NCBI GenBank assembly: GCA_051362555.1
Contig: CM120645.1
Span: forward strand, 3,472,001-3,536,000
Direction of reading: 5' to 3'
Origin: Lingula anatina
Taxonomy: Eukaryota > Animalia > Brachiopoda
Length of the DNA stretch: 64,000 bases
Positions within the stretch are counted from its first letter, which is position 1, and each line of letters begins with the position of its first letter. The position numbers and the translations under genes were made by a program. Shown piece by piece: positions 1-13,854 of the stretch. The notes below the pieces were generated by a model. That model saw only the letters and a program-made list of their open reading frames with translations. It made no database searches and had not been told where the DNA came from.

Positions 1-139
1 GCAATACATGATAACAAGTTTACCATGTTTTTTACATAATCAACTAACAATGTTGTAAAGATGCAGGAAATATCAAACAAACACTTTTAGGCATCTTATT
101 AGTTAAATAATGAGACTGTTAACATGCTTAAGAATTGAA

Positions 140-866
140 TCTGAGGAAATGTGAAAAAAACAGTATAACTTCTAAAATAATGGCCCGATTATGCTGATTT
201 TCGAACTCAACCTGCGTTTTAGTAAGATTGACCACTCCTGTGAGTATAATTACAATTGGCCAATCCGTTTTTCTTATATTGTGTTATCAGTGTTGCATTT
301 ATATTGAAAATAGTGAAAAACAGCATAAATTCCCTCAAAATAGCCCAATCATGCTGATTTTCGAACTTGACCTGCGTATTATGAATATTCATCAGTTCTG
401 TAAGTTTCAAGTCAAAAGGTAAAATGGTTTTCCACTTATCGTGTTATTGGTGCTGCTAATATATGCTGAAAAAAGTGAAAAAACAGCATAAATTACCTAA
501 AAGTGACCCGATCATGCTGATTTTCGAACTTGACCTGCGTATTATGAATATTCATCAGTTCTGTAAGTTTCAAGTCAAAAGATAAAATGGTTTTCCACTT
601 ATCGTGTTATCGGTGCTGCATATATGCTGAAAAAAGTGAAAAAACTGCATAAATTCCCTTAAAGTAACCCGATCATGCTGATTTTCGAACTTGACCTGCG
701 TATTATGAATATTCATCAGTTCTGCAAGTTTCAAGTCAAAAGGTAAAATGGTTTTCCACTTATCGTGTTATCGGTAAAAGTGCACGACGGCGACGACGGT
801 GACGACGGCGACGACAGACGCAGATGATGGCTATATGTACAGACACATCTGTGTCTGTACGTAAAA
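140..866 (+). mobile_element. Non-autonomous Helitron/Helentron-like element: ~4 tandem ~161-bp units, short GAC-rich microsatellite and 3' hairpin
   Basis: Anchor ATCATGCTGATTTTCGAACT recurs at ~188, 348, 511 and 672 (period 160-163). It is followed by GACGGC/GACGAC repeats (785-820), a perfect 11-bp-stem hairpin GTACAGACACA-TC-TGTGTCTGTAC (837-860) and an A-run. This layout is typical of HINE/DINE-type elements (inference). Confidence 0.6.
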
Positions 867-1088
867 ATTAAGTTTTTCGCCCCTTCTTCCTATACATTTC
901 ATAAGGAACTGCTGACATAGGTTCTTTCATATGAGGGTTCTTTTTTATTTTCTGAATTGGGAAATATTTGCAGCATATATGAACACAATACAATTTGACC
1001 TTTGGGAATTTCCAAAGTGTACAGTGTACTTCTCTTAAATGTTATTGAAAAAGTATGGAGTATGAAATTAGTGAGTTAGCACCCATAC

Positions 1089-3306
1089 CTTCTTTTGTGT
1101 CCAAGTCCTGCTCTGCCATCATCTTACACACCATGTCATCCCAAGGTACCTTGGCTATACCATACAGCTGCCAGAAGTATGGGAACCCCAAGGTGGTCAC
1201 CACGGCATCGTGGACCTTGATCAGAGTGACCTTGAAGCTGAACTGGAGCTTCTCCTCACACTCTCTCAGCTTTAGACTGACCAGAGGCTTACAGCACTCC
1301 CTGCATGAGGGGATAAATATGATGTAAGGGCCCATTCAGAAGCTGTTGATCCACTGGCTGCTGACTACTCAAATATATGGCTCTACTCGCTTCAAAGCAA
1401 GCTATGATTAAATTTTTCTGCCCCTGCAGGGGCGGCACCCTTGGAAGGAGGGAATCCACAGTCACGTGCAAGCCATATTTAAACTGGTGACTAGTTAGTC
1501 TGCAGATCAACAGGTTCTGAATGTGCTCTAATATTATACCTCTTATAGAATTGCAGGCATCTGATTGGCCAGTTACCATGGACTATTTCGAATACCACTC
1601 GTGCTTAGCATATTAGTCACACGACTGTGCTATTACTGGGGACTATTACTTAACCTAAGATTCAGTAAAAATAATATTTAGATTTTTCTGCAAAAATCCT
1701 GACCTTGAGTGCAAACATTATTAACAATAGTTGAAACTGTGCTTGTGAGAACAACAATAATTAATTTAAAAAATGGTCACTGAATGACTTTTTATTTCAA
1801 ATATATTTCAATAATCTAAAGACACTTTGTCAAATATAGAATATGCTATAAAATTTCAATAAGTGTGCTTAAAATCAGGAAAGTAAAATTTAATACTCAC
1901 AAAAACAAAAACCTGACTAACTCATGGCTGTCTCTACATATCACTAACTTGTCTACTGCCAAAGTGAAATACTCCAGGATCATCACTAGAGTCTGGAAAA
2001 GATCCTGTGCATCTTGGACCTTCTCTAAAATATTTCTCACTTCCTGAAATACATTATAAAAAAAATTAGACTGGGTTGTCATCCCTAGATGGATCTAACA
2101 GAATTGGTCCATCTCCACCGGGTTTCTCGCTAAATTGCTTTCAGCTTAAGTGGCTAAGATGTCTGGCCACCTGCTAAAGCTACTAAGCAATAGTTAATTA
2201 TCCCCTATCAGCTTCAGAAGGCATGACAGACATCTAAGCCGTTTAAGTTAATTGTAATCAAGCGAGAATCCCCTTGGAGATAGTTCGATCCAAAGTTATT
2301 ACGATAGTCTCTGGGAAAGGTCTCTTATATTCAGTACATTGGAGAACATGTTTACAACCTCATCCAAACATTTAACACCGTCTGAAATGAAACTCAAGAA
2401 AACCTTGGAAGCATATAAAATATTGAAATTTCTCAAAACATATTTTAACATAAAGTGATCAAAAGGTTGAAGGTGACGGTAGAGAGTGCAAGAGGAAGCA
2501 GGGTTTGAAAACAGTGCCAGCATTATGAAATCCCAGGCACATTCCATCAGACAAGGCTTAGATCAAAGAAATAAATGCAATCTTTCATGGGTTGGAGGTT
2601 CCAATTAGTTTTCGACAATGGTATTAATCTTTCTCTGAGAAAACCTTTTAAGCATTATACCCCCCTCCCCCACTTTCATGCTCAAGGAAATAGTCAGGCA
2701 AATGGAGAAAATAATTGCCCCCCCCCCCCTTCCCCCCACTCATCAACTCCTACCACACACACACACAAACACACATACTAGTATCTCTCCACTGTACTTT
2801 GTACTTCTAGTACATCCATATCACTATTACCAGTGACATTATTATACGGTCAGGAAATAGATTTTCACATTGTAAACGGCAAGTTACATTGTATCCTTCT
2901 AAGATAAATCAACACGCGTTTATGAATTAACACCTTAAAAACACAGCGTGAACTCTTGGAACCTGGGTAAATTCAAAACTATTACACGACAAAAATGGCT
3001 GTCTAACAAATTCAGAAAAATGTTGGTGGACCTTGTATGATTCCTAAGATACATGCATGTAATAATATATTAATACCAAAATGATGCACTATGACTCAAA
3101 CTGTTGCTGCTACATTGGTTCATTCCCTCCTGTTTATAACATCAAAAGAGCCCACATGTCTACAGTACATATAGGCCTAATGCAAAGTTAGACTTCTTCC
3201 TACTTACTTTAGTAAACTTCTTGCAGTACGTAACAGTCTCTTCAAAGCTGTGAAACCCGTCTGGTATAAAATCGAAATTCTTGAATTCCAAAACTGAAAG
3301 CGCCAT
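1089..3306 (-). CDS. 5' portion of an unidentified multi-exon protein-coding gene (continues beyond the left edge)
   Basis: Exon 3306-3208 (aaaATGGCG start; MALSVLEFKNFDFIPDGFHSFEETVTYCKKFTK; GTAAGT donor). Exon 2043-1922 (tttcag; EVRNILEK...ICRDSH; GTTAGT, phase 2). Exon 1300-1089 (catgcag; ECCKPLVSLKLRECEEKLQF...QDLDTKE; GTATGG). The last two exons join in frame. Possible exons between 2.3 and 3.05 kb are unresolved. Confidence 0.55.
2085..2295. mobile_element. Degenerate MITE, family A (copy 1, intronic)
   Basis: Shares GGGTTTCTCGCTAAATTGCT, TTAATTATCCCCTA, GACAGACATCTAAGCCG and GAGAATCCCC..GGAGATAG.TCGATC blocks with 52449-52620. Confidence 0.6.
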
Positions 3307-3364
3307 TTTCATGAAAATCTGTGTTGTAAGTGCTCCATGTGCGTCTTGTCGTCTTGCTGCCAAA

Positions 3365-3372
3365 TGACGTCA
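3365..3372. promoter_or_regulatory. CRE palindrome TGACGTCA upstream of the minus-strand gene start
   Basis: Exact TGACGTCA ~60 bp 5' of the ATG at 3306, in a CpG-containing stretch. Confidence 0.4.
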
Positions 3373-5236
3373 CGAACACACAGGCTCTGGGAATTATTAG
3401 AGTTAAATACAAGGATTTGTCGACTCGATTTAAATTGAATTAGCGTAACCACAAAGAAAACTATTTTTCAAAATATTTGGATGATCAGAGTCACAGTTCA
3501 CTTATTTTTCCGTTTTTATTCTTCTAAATACGACCCAAAGAGACCCAAGGCCTGTGGAATTACCTTGCAAAGTTACCCCGAATTCGGACTCTTTGCAGAC
3601 GATCTTGTCAAATGGGGCGCAACCGGACTGCGTCTGGCAGCATCCAGGTCAGTATCAGTAGCAGACGGCAAAACAATGGGCGCTCTCAAATGAACAAATC
3701 AGCTCTCCTCAGGATAAGACAAATGCATCAAGTTTTTTTTTTTCAGAAAGGTTTATTTTGTAGAGTATTGGCGGGTAGGCCTACAGGTTTTTGCGAGTAG
3801 GGGGTGGGGGCGCACCTGTATAGAAAATGTTTTGCTCCACAAAAACGAAAAAAATTGTAGACGAGGAAATTTTTACCATAATGTGGCAGGTGCGGGGATG
3901 GATATTTTTGCTTGGATTTGTCTCTTTTCACTTATTAAACTATTTATTTAGGAGAGAGAACGGAATGAGAAAAAGGGTACTCCGGAACGCGAGGGTGGGA
4001 GGTAGGAAGACCAAGTTTTGTTGTGGACGCGAATATGTATTATTTCACTCCAAATGACCAATGTGCATTAAGTTATTTCGAGAAATTTAATTAAAGTCAA
4101 ATCTTTTCAGGGCCGAGTAAAATTGTTAACATTGCGATAGAGAAGACCGCTCCAGGCAATAATCCTGGCACGTATCTGGTGCACTTTGGCCCCACCCACA
4201 GAACAGGTCACTTGATATTTTCTCAGGTTCGTTGTAGCGAGATAAAATCTAACCTCGTAGCATTTATTATTTTTTTTTTATTATTATTTTTAAATAATTC
4301 TTTTTACCTTGTTAATAAATAGGCAACGACCAATTAAGCCAGTTTTGGAGTGAACCTCGCCGAGAGCTAGCCTCAGCCAAAGCCAATAACTGTACAGAAT
4401 TTGTTGGTTTCACGTCAACAATTTCTGAGGCAATTTGCGGTTCGAAATTGTTCTAACTTTACAATTTAAAATATCTTCAAATGTGTGGGTTTTCTTTTTT
4501 TTTTTTTAAAGGCCAGCAGCACCAAGTGAACTGCGGGTCAGGTATTCACTAATTTTCTTCAGTAAATATTTAGTCAATAACCTGGGGTTACTTTGAACAA
4601 AACCAATTTAATATTTAGCTGCGTACCACTGGTCACTTTCCATTGTATCGGCGTTGTTGGCCATTGTCCAGCGGTTACAGGACGGGGCTAATGAAGGCAA
4701 CCCCCAGGTGTATATCCATGCTGAAGATTTGTAAAGAAAAATGTCCGCAGCGTTCTAGAGGTCTCATTTAACAAATACACGCGTATACCTCATTTAATAA
4801 ATAAAATTTACGCATGTCATTACATCACCCCCTTTCTTGTTAAGGTTTGGAAATAAATAGGGGTGGAACTTTTTTATTCTTGTTCTGATTACAGTGCAGT
4901 CATTGGTTGTTCTTTGGCATTTCTTAATAATAGAGGAAACATGCTTTTTATATACTAAGTATATACAAGATATTTGGTGCTTCGCTCACCTTTCACGGCA
5001 TTTATCACATACAACTGCATTAAGATATCTCAGGCAGTCATCACCTATGGTTCTGACACCCCTTCAAAGGTGCGCAACCCGAGGGCTTAACGGACGTGGC
5101 CACGTGCAGCGTGCCTTGTTAAGGCAAGAGACGAGACTGGACGCATATCCCTCTCTGGTAGGTGTAGTTGTCATTGAGGGAAGGGAAACCAAATGTTTAA
5201 AAACTGAACAAGTAAAAATTAACCTGAAGAATGAAG

Positions 5237-5238
<2 letters not shown>

Positions 5239-5277
<39 letters not shown>

Positions 5278-5292
5278 GGGGGGGGGGGGGGG
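5239..5292. repeat. (GA)n microsatellite followed by poly-G
   Basis: Seen directly. Confidence 0.95.
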
Positions 5293-6589
5293 CGTGAATT
5301 TTCTTTTTTTTTAACTGGGATTTGGCAATAAACCAACTCAGAATTTAATTTGACGATTTTTGTCAAATACTTCCGTTTGTTATAATTTATGGCATGGTGA
5401 TAATTGTAATTTCATCATTGGGAGTCTTCCAAGGTACCTCATGCCTCAAAGACACGTGTACACACGCATGTAAAAACACAAATGCACATGCTGTACGCTC
5501 TCAAGGTCACAATACCAACAGTGTATAGCAGCACGTATTTCCCTTTAACAACTTCACAATTTCGGCATGACATCCCAGTTAATCCAATGGCAATTTTAAT
5601 CCCCGCAAGTTCAAGCACCGTATTATCGAATCCCACGCTTAATTTACCTTTACAATGTTAAGAAAACCACTAGGTCCTGTGTTGTCACAAGGCGGTTCTC
5701 CTCTGCAGAGTGAAGCCCAAAGTGTGATGATGTAACATAACAAAAAAAACGCTGTCATAATGACAGAAATATTAGTTCTTCGTATTTGGTTCATTGTAAT
5801 GCATCCTTAATTTGTTTTACCCCTTCTAAGGACCACAACGGAAAAAATTCCGATAACGTTCACTTGCCATCCTACAATATTTTTACGCATAAGATTCACT
5901 TATTTAATTCATCCATTCATTCATACTGCAATTTATTCAGTAAAATTGTTTATCGTACATGCTGAGGAGGGGAACTGTTTTGATACTTACAGTAGCACAC
6001 TGCAAGCGTTTGCGTGGCGTGAGATTATTCATAATTTTGCGAACTGTGTGAACAACAATGATGACAAGCCCGACATGCTCCATTTTTAAATTTCTAAAGA
6101 GATTTTCCACCAACAAAAATCTGCAAGGGAGTTGTATCATTATCAGCATTATCAAGGCCAGCAAAAAGAGAAAGGAATTTAACGTGAAATCACTTGCGGT
6201 AACGTTCCGCAAACAGATAAACAACGCGCACTTGTGCCCTTACCTCCAGGGGTTAATCCCCCTCGTTAAGGCACTCGCGTAATTTCAATCGCATTCATTC
6301 AAATTACGTATTAGGCAATGTTACGTCGCAATCGGTGAGATATTGTTGCAGCAGAGGTTTTATTCACAATAGCGGAGTGATACCCCTCGGGTAGACCTTT
6401 TATATTGCCCACTCGTTAACGGATTTAGGATGCACGGTCCACTTAATTTTATTATTTAATCGGGTATATATATATGTACATACACTGAAAGGCCTATGTT
6501 GTTTCTTGGAGAGTAAAAGAAGCATTGTGGTAAGCCTTGGTGTTTGAAGGGAGGGCAACGGTTGGTGGTTTACCAAGAATCGGTTTTAT

Positions 6590-6623
6590 CATGGACATAA
6601 TAAGATCTCTTATTATGTCCATG
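6590..6623. mobile_element. 34-bp palindromic mini-element with 7-bp target-site duplication
   Basis: CATGGACATAATAAGA-TC-TCTTATTATGTCCATG (16-bp perfect arms), flanked on both sides by GTTTTAT (6583-6589, 6624-6630). Confidence 0.75.
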
Positions 6624-9600
6624 GTTTTATGAAATGTATTTAAAGGCCATATATGTGAGATAAGCTAGGGATTAGAACAAAACATGCAATTTTCCGTGTG
6701 ACATTTCCTTGGCCCAGAAATAGCTCAGTGACATTTGGCTGGTGGGAATACAGAAAGCCGCGAGAATAGTGGAAAGATTCACCCGAGGACTTGACCGACA
6801 GATTATGAGAAGTGAAGGGAAATCAATACGGTCAGAAAGAAGAGTTTGCAGAACTCAAAGGTGATATCATTTTATACTAATGACTTTTCATTATCACCAT
6901 TATTTTGACGAACCAGTTGTTTGTTGGTGTTCAACAAAACGCGTAGGCCTAACTTAGTTGCTTACATAGGATCTTGGCGAGTAAAGAGATGGCCGGTCTC
7001 TCACCCACGGGTCATTCAGTCGGTTTTGTGACAATCACGGCTCTTGTCTCTTGTGCATTGAGTAATGTCTCATACCATAATAATCGAAATAAATTTTAAT
7101 TAAAAGTATGTTTTATTTAAAGTGCTCACAATTTGATGGCAGGAGCAACGAACGTAGAAATAATTAGAGGCGTTTTGCGCGGGTTTTTAATATCAAGATA
7201 GCAATGGATTCCTGTCTTGATCAAGTTTACTAGAAACCGTGTTTAAAAAGATCAGTTTTCATGACGTTAACTTTAATAGCCATTGTAGGAAAAGGATCGA
7301 AACCATCACCCAAATCCAATCTTTGAAAAATATTCAAAGTAATGATTCGCCAGCTATGCAGTAAACTTTTTACTGAAAATTTCACCTAGACCTTGTGTCA
7401 TGCACCTATGAACCGAAGATCTTGACATGTATACTCAGGATTTTACTTGATATATTTTTCTATTTCATTTTGTTTATTTTTTTCTGCCCAGCACAGGGAT
7501 GCCTAAGAGCTCCACCTTCTCTCCCTAGAAGCACTTTTGTTAATTAGGCTGTAATTGAATACTTGCGTCCTTGTACCCGCCCCAGAAAATACGCTAGTCG
7601 TCAATATCACAAGCAGACAAACTATTAAATCTGACACTTGATGCCTTTTACAGAGATCCAAAATTGAATAGTTCACGCTTGAGGGTGGTCTTGTGAGAGA
7701 TTTTATGCTTTATCGTATCGTATTGATGGAATCATCTTACCGTGTCTAGCTTAACTTTTTTTACTTATGCATCCAAGCTAACAATGCACAAGGAGAGAAA
7801 ACTTAGGTGCATATATGGAATTTTGCCTCCGAAATAATCATTTTGTGAAAGAGGGACAATGTATCTAGAGAGGTCATTTCTGACCAAAAGGACAGGCCGA
7901 GGCTATTTGACGGTCTTTAAGCACGTGATTGACGTGTCCGCGAGAAATGCGCATTCCACGTCACTGACAAATATGTTCATGTATCGAGTGCCAAAATTAA
8001 AAAAAAAATGCCGATGAATGTTAAAGTCCCCAAAGCCGTGGAACGTGAAGCGAGGATTGCTTTCTTTTCATTTTAAATCGCATACAGAACTGAAAATAGA
8101 TGGCATCTCACCCATCTGCTCCCTAGGCCATCTAAGAAAAACAACGTCGACCTTTTCTGTTGTCAGCCGAGAGCTACCGTGCTCGCGTTTTCCGCTGTGA
8201 CGTAATGTTTCGAATTCACCTTAAGGTTCTCTTCTTCCCGACTGAGATGAAGCGCGAATTTACATGGCGGTGTCGGGTGACGAATGCTTTCTTCCATTTA
8301 AACATATCTGCCCGATCTAGATTTGGTTTAGTAAACAGGAATAACAATTATTTGCTCTTGTTCCCCAAATCGGATGCCGACACTCAAGTTGCGCTCTTTC
8401 AGAACTCCCTTTGCGGGTTGAGCATCATAAAATTAACAAACTGGAGGTAAAGGAGCACACCTTCTATATTTCTAGTTTTTTTTTTAATATATTGCTAACT
8501 ATAATGCGGGAGGCAAATGTGTAAGAAAGTATAAAATATACTAGGAAAAATAATATTTCGTAGAAGAAAATGAGAAAAAAAATTCAAAACATACAAGCCT
8601 TTCATTTATAATTTTTTTTTAAATTAATAAATGGTTTAGATATTTTCAATGAGTGATGACAAGCTTTATCTTCGCGGAGCATTGTAATTTTGTCTTTTAT
8701 CGTCAATGAGGGACTAAACATCAGTTAAAATAGGGATTAGGCAGTGAGCGAATGTCCGTTCATTCTGTAAAATACTCTAGATAAAACCAATTGATTTCCC
8801 TTTTTTAAAAATTAGGCTTACACTATTTGCACTTCAAAATGAAAATAATACACTACAATACCATTACAAAACGCATTTAAAAGCAATTTAAAAACAACGC
8901 TTTTAAAACTATTCTAATTAGATGGCAAGCTTCGGGGCAGTCAAAATATCACTGCAAGGTAGAATGGTAATAACACTGCCCTTTATATTAATAGCACAAA
9001 GCGCCCGTTTTCATTTCATTTTAACTAGAGTAACAAGCGATTTGTGGTTATTGCCGTTTTCACATTGACCGCTCCATGTATTTATTTATTTATGCTGTAA
9101 AGTGCCCTCCGTAAGTACTTCGTTCAACTGCGACAAAACGTTGCGTCACTGATAGTCAATTTGCGTACTCTGTTTAAAATTGGTCCTCATCTTTAACTGT
9201 CCCTTACACTACCTTGTACCTGTGCTGCAGTTTTTATTATGTGGACATTTTCTCTAACTGTTAATTTAACCAGAGACATATCTGTGAATATCTGGTGAAA
9301 AATCAATCTGATGCCCTGGTAGAGGATAGCCTTACACGGTAATTTTTTAAGTGAAAATCAATTATCTTCGTGGTTTTTATTTTCTTTTTATGAATATGTC
9401 TAATCAAGGAATTACATCTGTTGTAGACCTAACTCCTTGGTCAAATGTGCAGAGCAGGTCTCGAGCTTTACATGTGTTTTACTGTATAATGTTTCAACTT
9501 CAATTGAATTCTCTGTCTTTTTTTTTAATCGGGTGCGTATTGCATTCGATAAACTGAAATTAAACATGATGTTCTGAAAAAGCCATCTGACAAAAAGAAC

Positions 9601-12600
9601 GTGCGCTCACAATAAAGACGGGTATAAGATTCAGTTTGATGAGATCCAACCTGCTCCTCCTCTGGAATATATATGAAAATATATGAAATATATTACAAAG
9701 ATGTTTTCGACATGAAAGTATCGAGTGACATATCAAATGAATTAAGTGATAGCATTATTATGTGCCGAATACCTGGCCGATTTGCGGCTGTTTCATACAA
9801 ACTAAGACCAAGGTCGGAAAATGGTATATTTGAGATTTTTCTTATTTCTCAATTTATTTAACCGACTGTCTGCCTGTCCGTCCGACCGTCCTTTTGTCCG
9901 ACATAGAGACAGAGAGAAGAAGGCCACCATTGCTATTGCAATATACTGTAGCAGCAAGTTCGATTGAAATATGGGGATTGCCCAACGATGTAATTATGAC
10001 TGCGCTCGACAAAAGCGCCACTCTGATTACAACGATATATCAGATTTCCGTGTACCTACACTGTTTTGTTGTTTAAGATGACCAATGGCAAAACGTCCAT
10101 TTGGTCACGTCTAAGGTTTTAATTGATATAATTGGACGCCGGGGCACAGGGTTACTGCTGCTCGTGGAGACGAGATGGCTGGATGAAATATTTTGATTTC
10201 TTTGTGGTACATGTATCAAGTCAAATATGGAATGGTTCAGATAATATTTGTAAATAAAGTGGTCGGGTTTCGAAAGCTTACAGTGTCATTGGCATTTTAT
10301 ATCACCGAGAAACTTTTTATTTATATGGTGATCTTGTATGGCGATTCTGATTTTTTTACTTTAATTTTTGCGAGCGAATCTAATCTTCTTTTATTATAAT
10401 TCAGTCAGAAGTTCAAATGCATTGCTGTGATAGCAGAAAGCAGGTGAATGACTTTGATTAATCAAAACTTCCCCTAATTTTTTTGATTTTAAAGGCGGTG
10501 TTAATAGACGAAGCCTTCTTAAAATAATCTCTTATTTTTATTGCACTCATTATGATGTTTGTCTTTCATTTTTTACACTCTTGCAAGATCAATCCATAAC
10601 TAGCAAAACATACAGGCCTTGTCAACCTTTAAAACTGTAAACAGTTCTTTCTTCTCCATTTTGTAAGCATTGGCGTTCTTTCTTCTGTCGGCAAGATATT
10701 CTATGCATTCTCCATATATTTTCCTGTTATTTGGAAATCGCTTTCAGCAGCCTTGCATGATTATGGAATATCTGCAAAAATGGATCCAGCGTCTGTAGGC
10801 GGGAGATACTTGTCAACGCGAGGTTACAAAAACCACAGAAACGCACTTCTCAGGTTTAATGCCACTCTCATCTTTCCGATCATGCCATTATCTCCGGGTA
10901 AACCGCACCTTTTACTTTTGACACACGCTCATCGTTTAAAAGACCCTCAAAGCTCAGAGAGAGCCAGGCATCTATTGTTAGGTGAGTCGATGACAGGGTG
11001 GCCAAAAGCGTCTGTCATGAGATCTGGTGGCTTTAAGTCTTAATGTTATTTCGCTGTCGCCTTCTCCGAAGACCGCACGCGTGGCTGGTCTGTGCAAATA
11101 TTGTCACCACGTGACGCGAGGAACACTCAAAGGGGTGATGTGAAATAGTATTGTGACCCGTCGTCAAATGACCATTAATTTGGTGCATATGACAACATTG
11201 CGACGGCCACACTCTGAAAGACGGGGACGTTAATTTTGTGACTGCGTCCTTGACTAAATGGTTAAACCGTGCATGGTGTTGTTCTACAAATTTATTGCCC
11301 TGTGTAGCTTTTAAGAGGCGTCGGCATCGGAGTAACGTGCATTTGACGCAGTGGCAAGTGAGGATTTGCAGAGGACGTTGAGGGGAGCTGGTGCCAGGTT
11401 AGATATACATTAAATTTTATACTTTAAACAGCATCATTAATAATATATTAACCATCAAATCCAAAAGATAGGTGCGACAGAGGCGAGGATAATCTGTCTT
11501 TCTGAAAGTAAGATCTGACAGAGAATAAGATGAGAACCTTACACTTTTTTACCTGCCCATACATGGCAAGGCACTGTCACTTAGCGCATTTCTAAGGAAG
11601 AAACGGTTGTTGTTCTTCACTTTTGAATAGATTAACCTTTTGTCCCTTTATTGATAATCAAAGAGTATCAGAAGACAAAATATACTCGATTTTTAGAAAA
11701 ACAAAAATATACCTGAATAAGTAGAGTCGAAAAATTTTCTTATAATTTTCAACCACAACAATCTCGAAGCCAGTCACCAAATTTGCAATGTATTACACAT
11801 AGAGAACATAGAGAACAGAAGCAAATGTTACAACGTTAAAATGAAAAACGCACCGGTAGTTGTATGCAAGCTTCCTGTCAGGTAAAGCGACATGGAACGT
11901 AGGCACATTTTTACAACTGCGCGACCAGAATTTTCTGAAAATCGGAGAGAAACAGTTAACGTGCCAGCCTCTGCTTGGACCATAGTGTGTTCTTCATGTT
12001 TTCTAACTGTCAAACAGTGATATATATAACTAAAGAGTGATGATAGTTGTGTATTCTTCTCGATCTGTTAAATTGACTATATTAATGTGTGGAATATGTG
12101 AAAAATCAAGGAAACCATAAACCCTATTGTTTACGAAAGGTTGATTTCTAACCACAGTGCATCAGCCGAGGCGCTCTGCGTTCAGTTTTAAATGTCATGT
12201 CGCGGTATATAACTAGGATTGAAGTCTGTGAAAGGATTATCTTTCTATCTTACGTTGTGTGTATAAACCCAAGAGTGGCTTACTGGAGACTGGTGTCACA
12301 TTTAGCTATGGGCGAGGTGACAAAGCTTCCACACGGGGCAAAATGTTGAAGATACATGTGGTGCCGGTAGTAGACCTACTTACAGTTAAAGAGCCAAATA
12401 TATACTGAGTGTGTTTGTGTGTGTGTGTGTGTGCGCGCGTGTGCGGGTGTGTGCATTTGAGAGAGAGAATGAGAGAGAAAGAGAGGATGAGACCCAAAGA
12501 CGATCAATGTTGCCCCGTTCACGTTAGAAAGTAATAATAATAATAATAATAAGTTCAGCGAAGGTAGGCCCACAGATAGGGTACCACTTACTTACAAAGG

Positions 12601-13821
12601 GGGGGGGGGCACGTGGAAGAAGGCTGGGGCATTTTACATGTTGAGAGCCCATTAAGGGAAGATAAAACATGGAGGGCGCGGACGCCGCAAGTTGACAACA
12701 CCAAGATTCTCCTGTGACCAACAGTAGATGTCATGTTACATAAATAAAGTTGTGACAACTTACAAGACTGGCTATATGTGTGTGTTATCAATGCCATTCG
12801 TACCCCCCCCCCCCCCCCCCGAGAGCGTACTAGGAGTGGATCGGACGGCATGGTACGGGGATCGTTTTAGCAATAAAGTAATTACATGACCATGTTGTAG
12901 TGTATTGTAACAGGGTGAGTGATCGATGTCTGTGTCATACTTGTGACCTTATGACAGTAGGGTCAGTGTGATACTACCACGCTTATCTTGTATCATTCAT
13001 ATCATCTGTCTGCTCCCCCCCCCCCCCCCCCCCCCAATAATCCGAGATGATACCGACTATTGATCATTTCGTGATATCGGACTGCCCCGCCCCCCTCCCT
13101 TCACGGAACTACCCTCTCTATCCATTAGCCTCGAAGGACATAACTCTTGTGTCAATGGTCTCCTCACTGCCCCCTCTTTTTATTTATTTATTTAATATAT
13201 TTATTTATTGTTTGCTAGTTGAATGTCTTAATGTCGTCGTTGCAGCTTGAGATAAAGGGAACGTCTGTCCATAATAATTATGAACACCGTTTTAGGATTC
13301 TATTATGTTGTATGAAAAGATCAGATACCAGGAAATAAAGGACTAAACTTGCATTGCGCTCAACATCTAAAACATATGTAACCAATACTCTTTGTAAAAG
13401 AAACTAATGTTATTTATACGTAGAAGAATCAATAGAAAAACAGACTGTCAACGGTAGTCCATTACCGTTCAGTATTATAACTAACACAGAGCTAAAGCCT
13501 ATACAATTTTGTGCACACATGATGTTGGAGAAAAAACTACAGCAGATTCAGTTTCTTTATTCAGGTAATTTACGTCACGCGATTGTTTGAGATGATAGGA
13601 AATATCAGGTGAAGGCATTTACCTAATTCTTCTCTCTCTGAGACGCGTGCGCGCTGCTGCACAAATTATTTTTTACATATTGCACAGATCAGGTTATCTT
13701 ACAATATGACTTATTAAATGAAAGCAATAAAAAAAAACGTTTTAAGCGACAAATTAATGTCAATAATTTTCTGATCGAGAAGGGCTTGGCCTGAAGCCGT
13801 CGTTTGGTTTATCACACACAT

Positions 13822-13854
<33 letters not shown>

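Noticed and set aside
140-775. Regular repeats as a CRISPR array
   Set aside because: Whole 161-bp units repeat with no unique spacers; the context is eukaryotic and there are no cas genes.
2085-2300. Apparent stop-riddled reading frame linking ORFs 2299-2547 and 1897-2082, suggesting a pseudogene
   Set aside because: The segment is a MITE family A copy inside an intron; the flanking exons splice in frame without it.
4894-5366. ORFs with ERERER/LSLSLS runs (also 53948-54190, 22058-22344)
   Set aside because: Artifacts of dinucleotide microsatellites.
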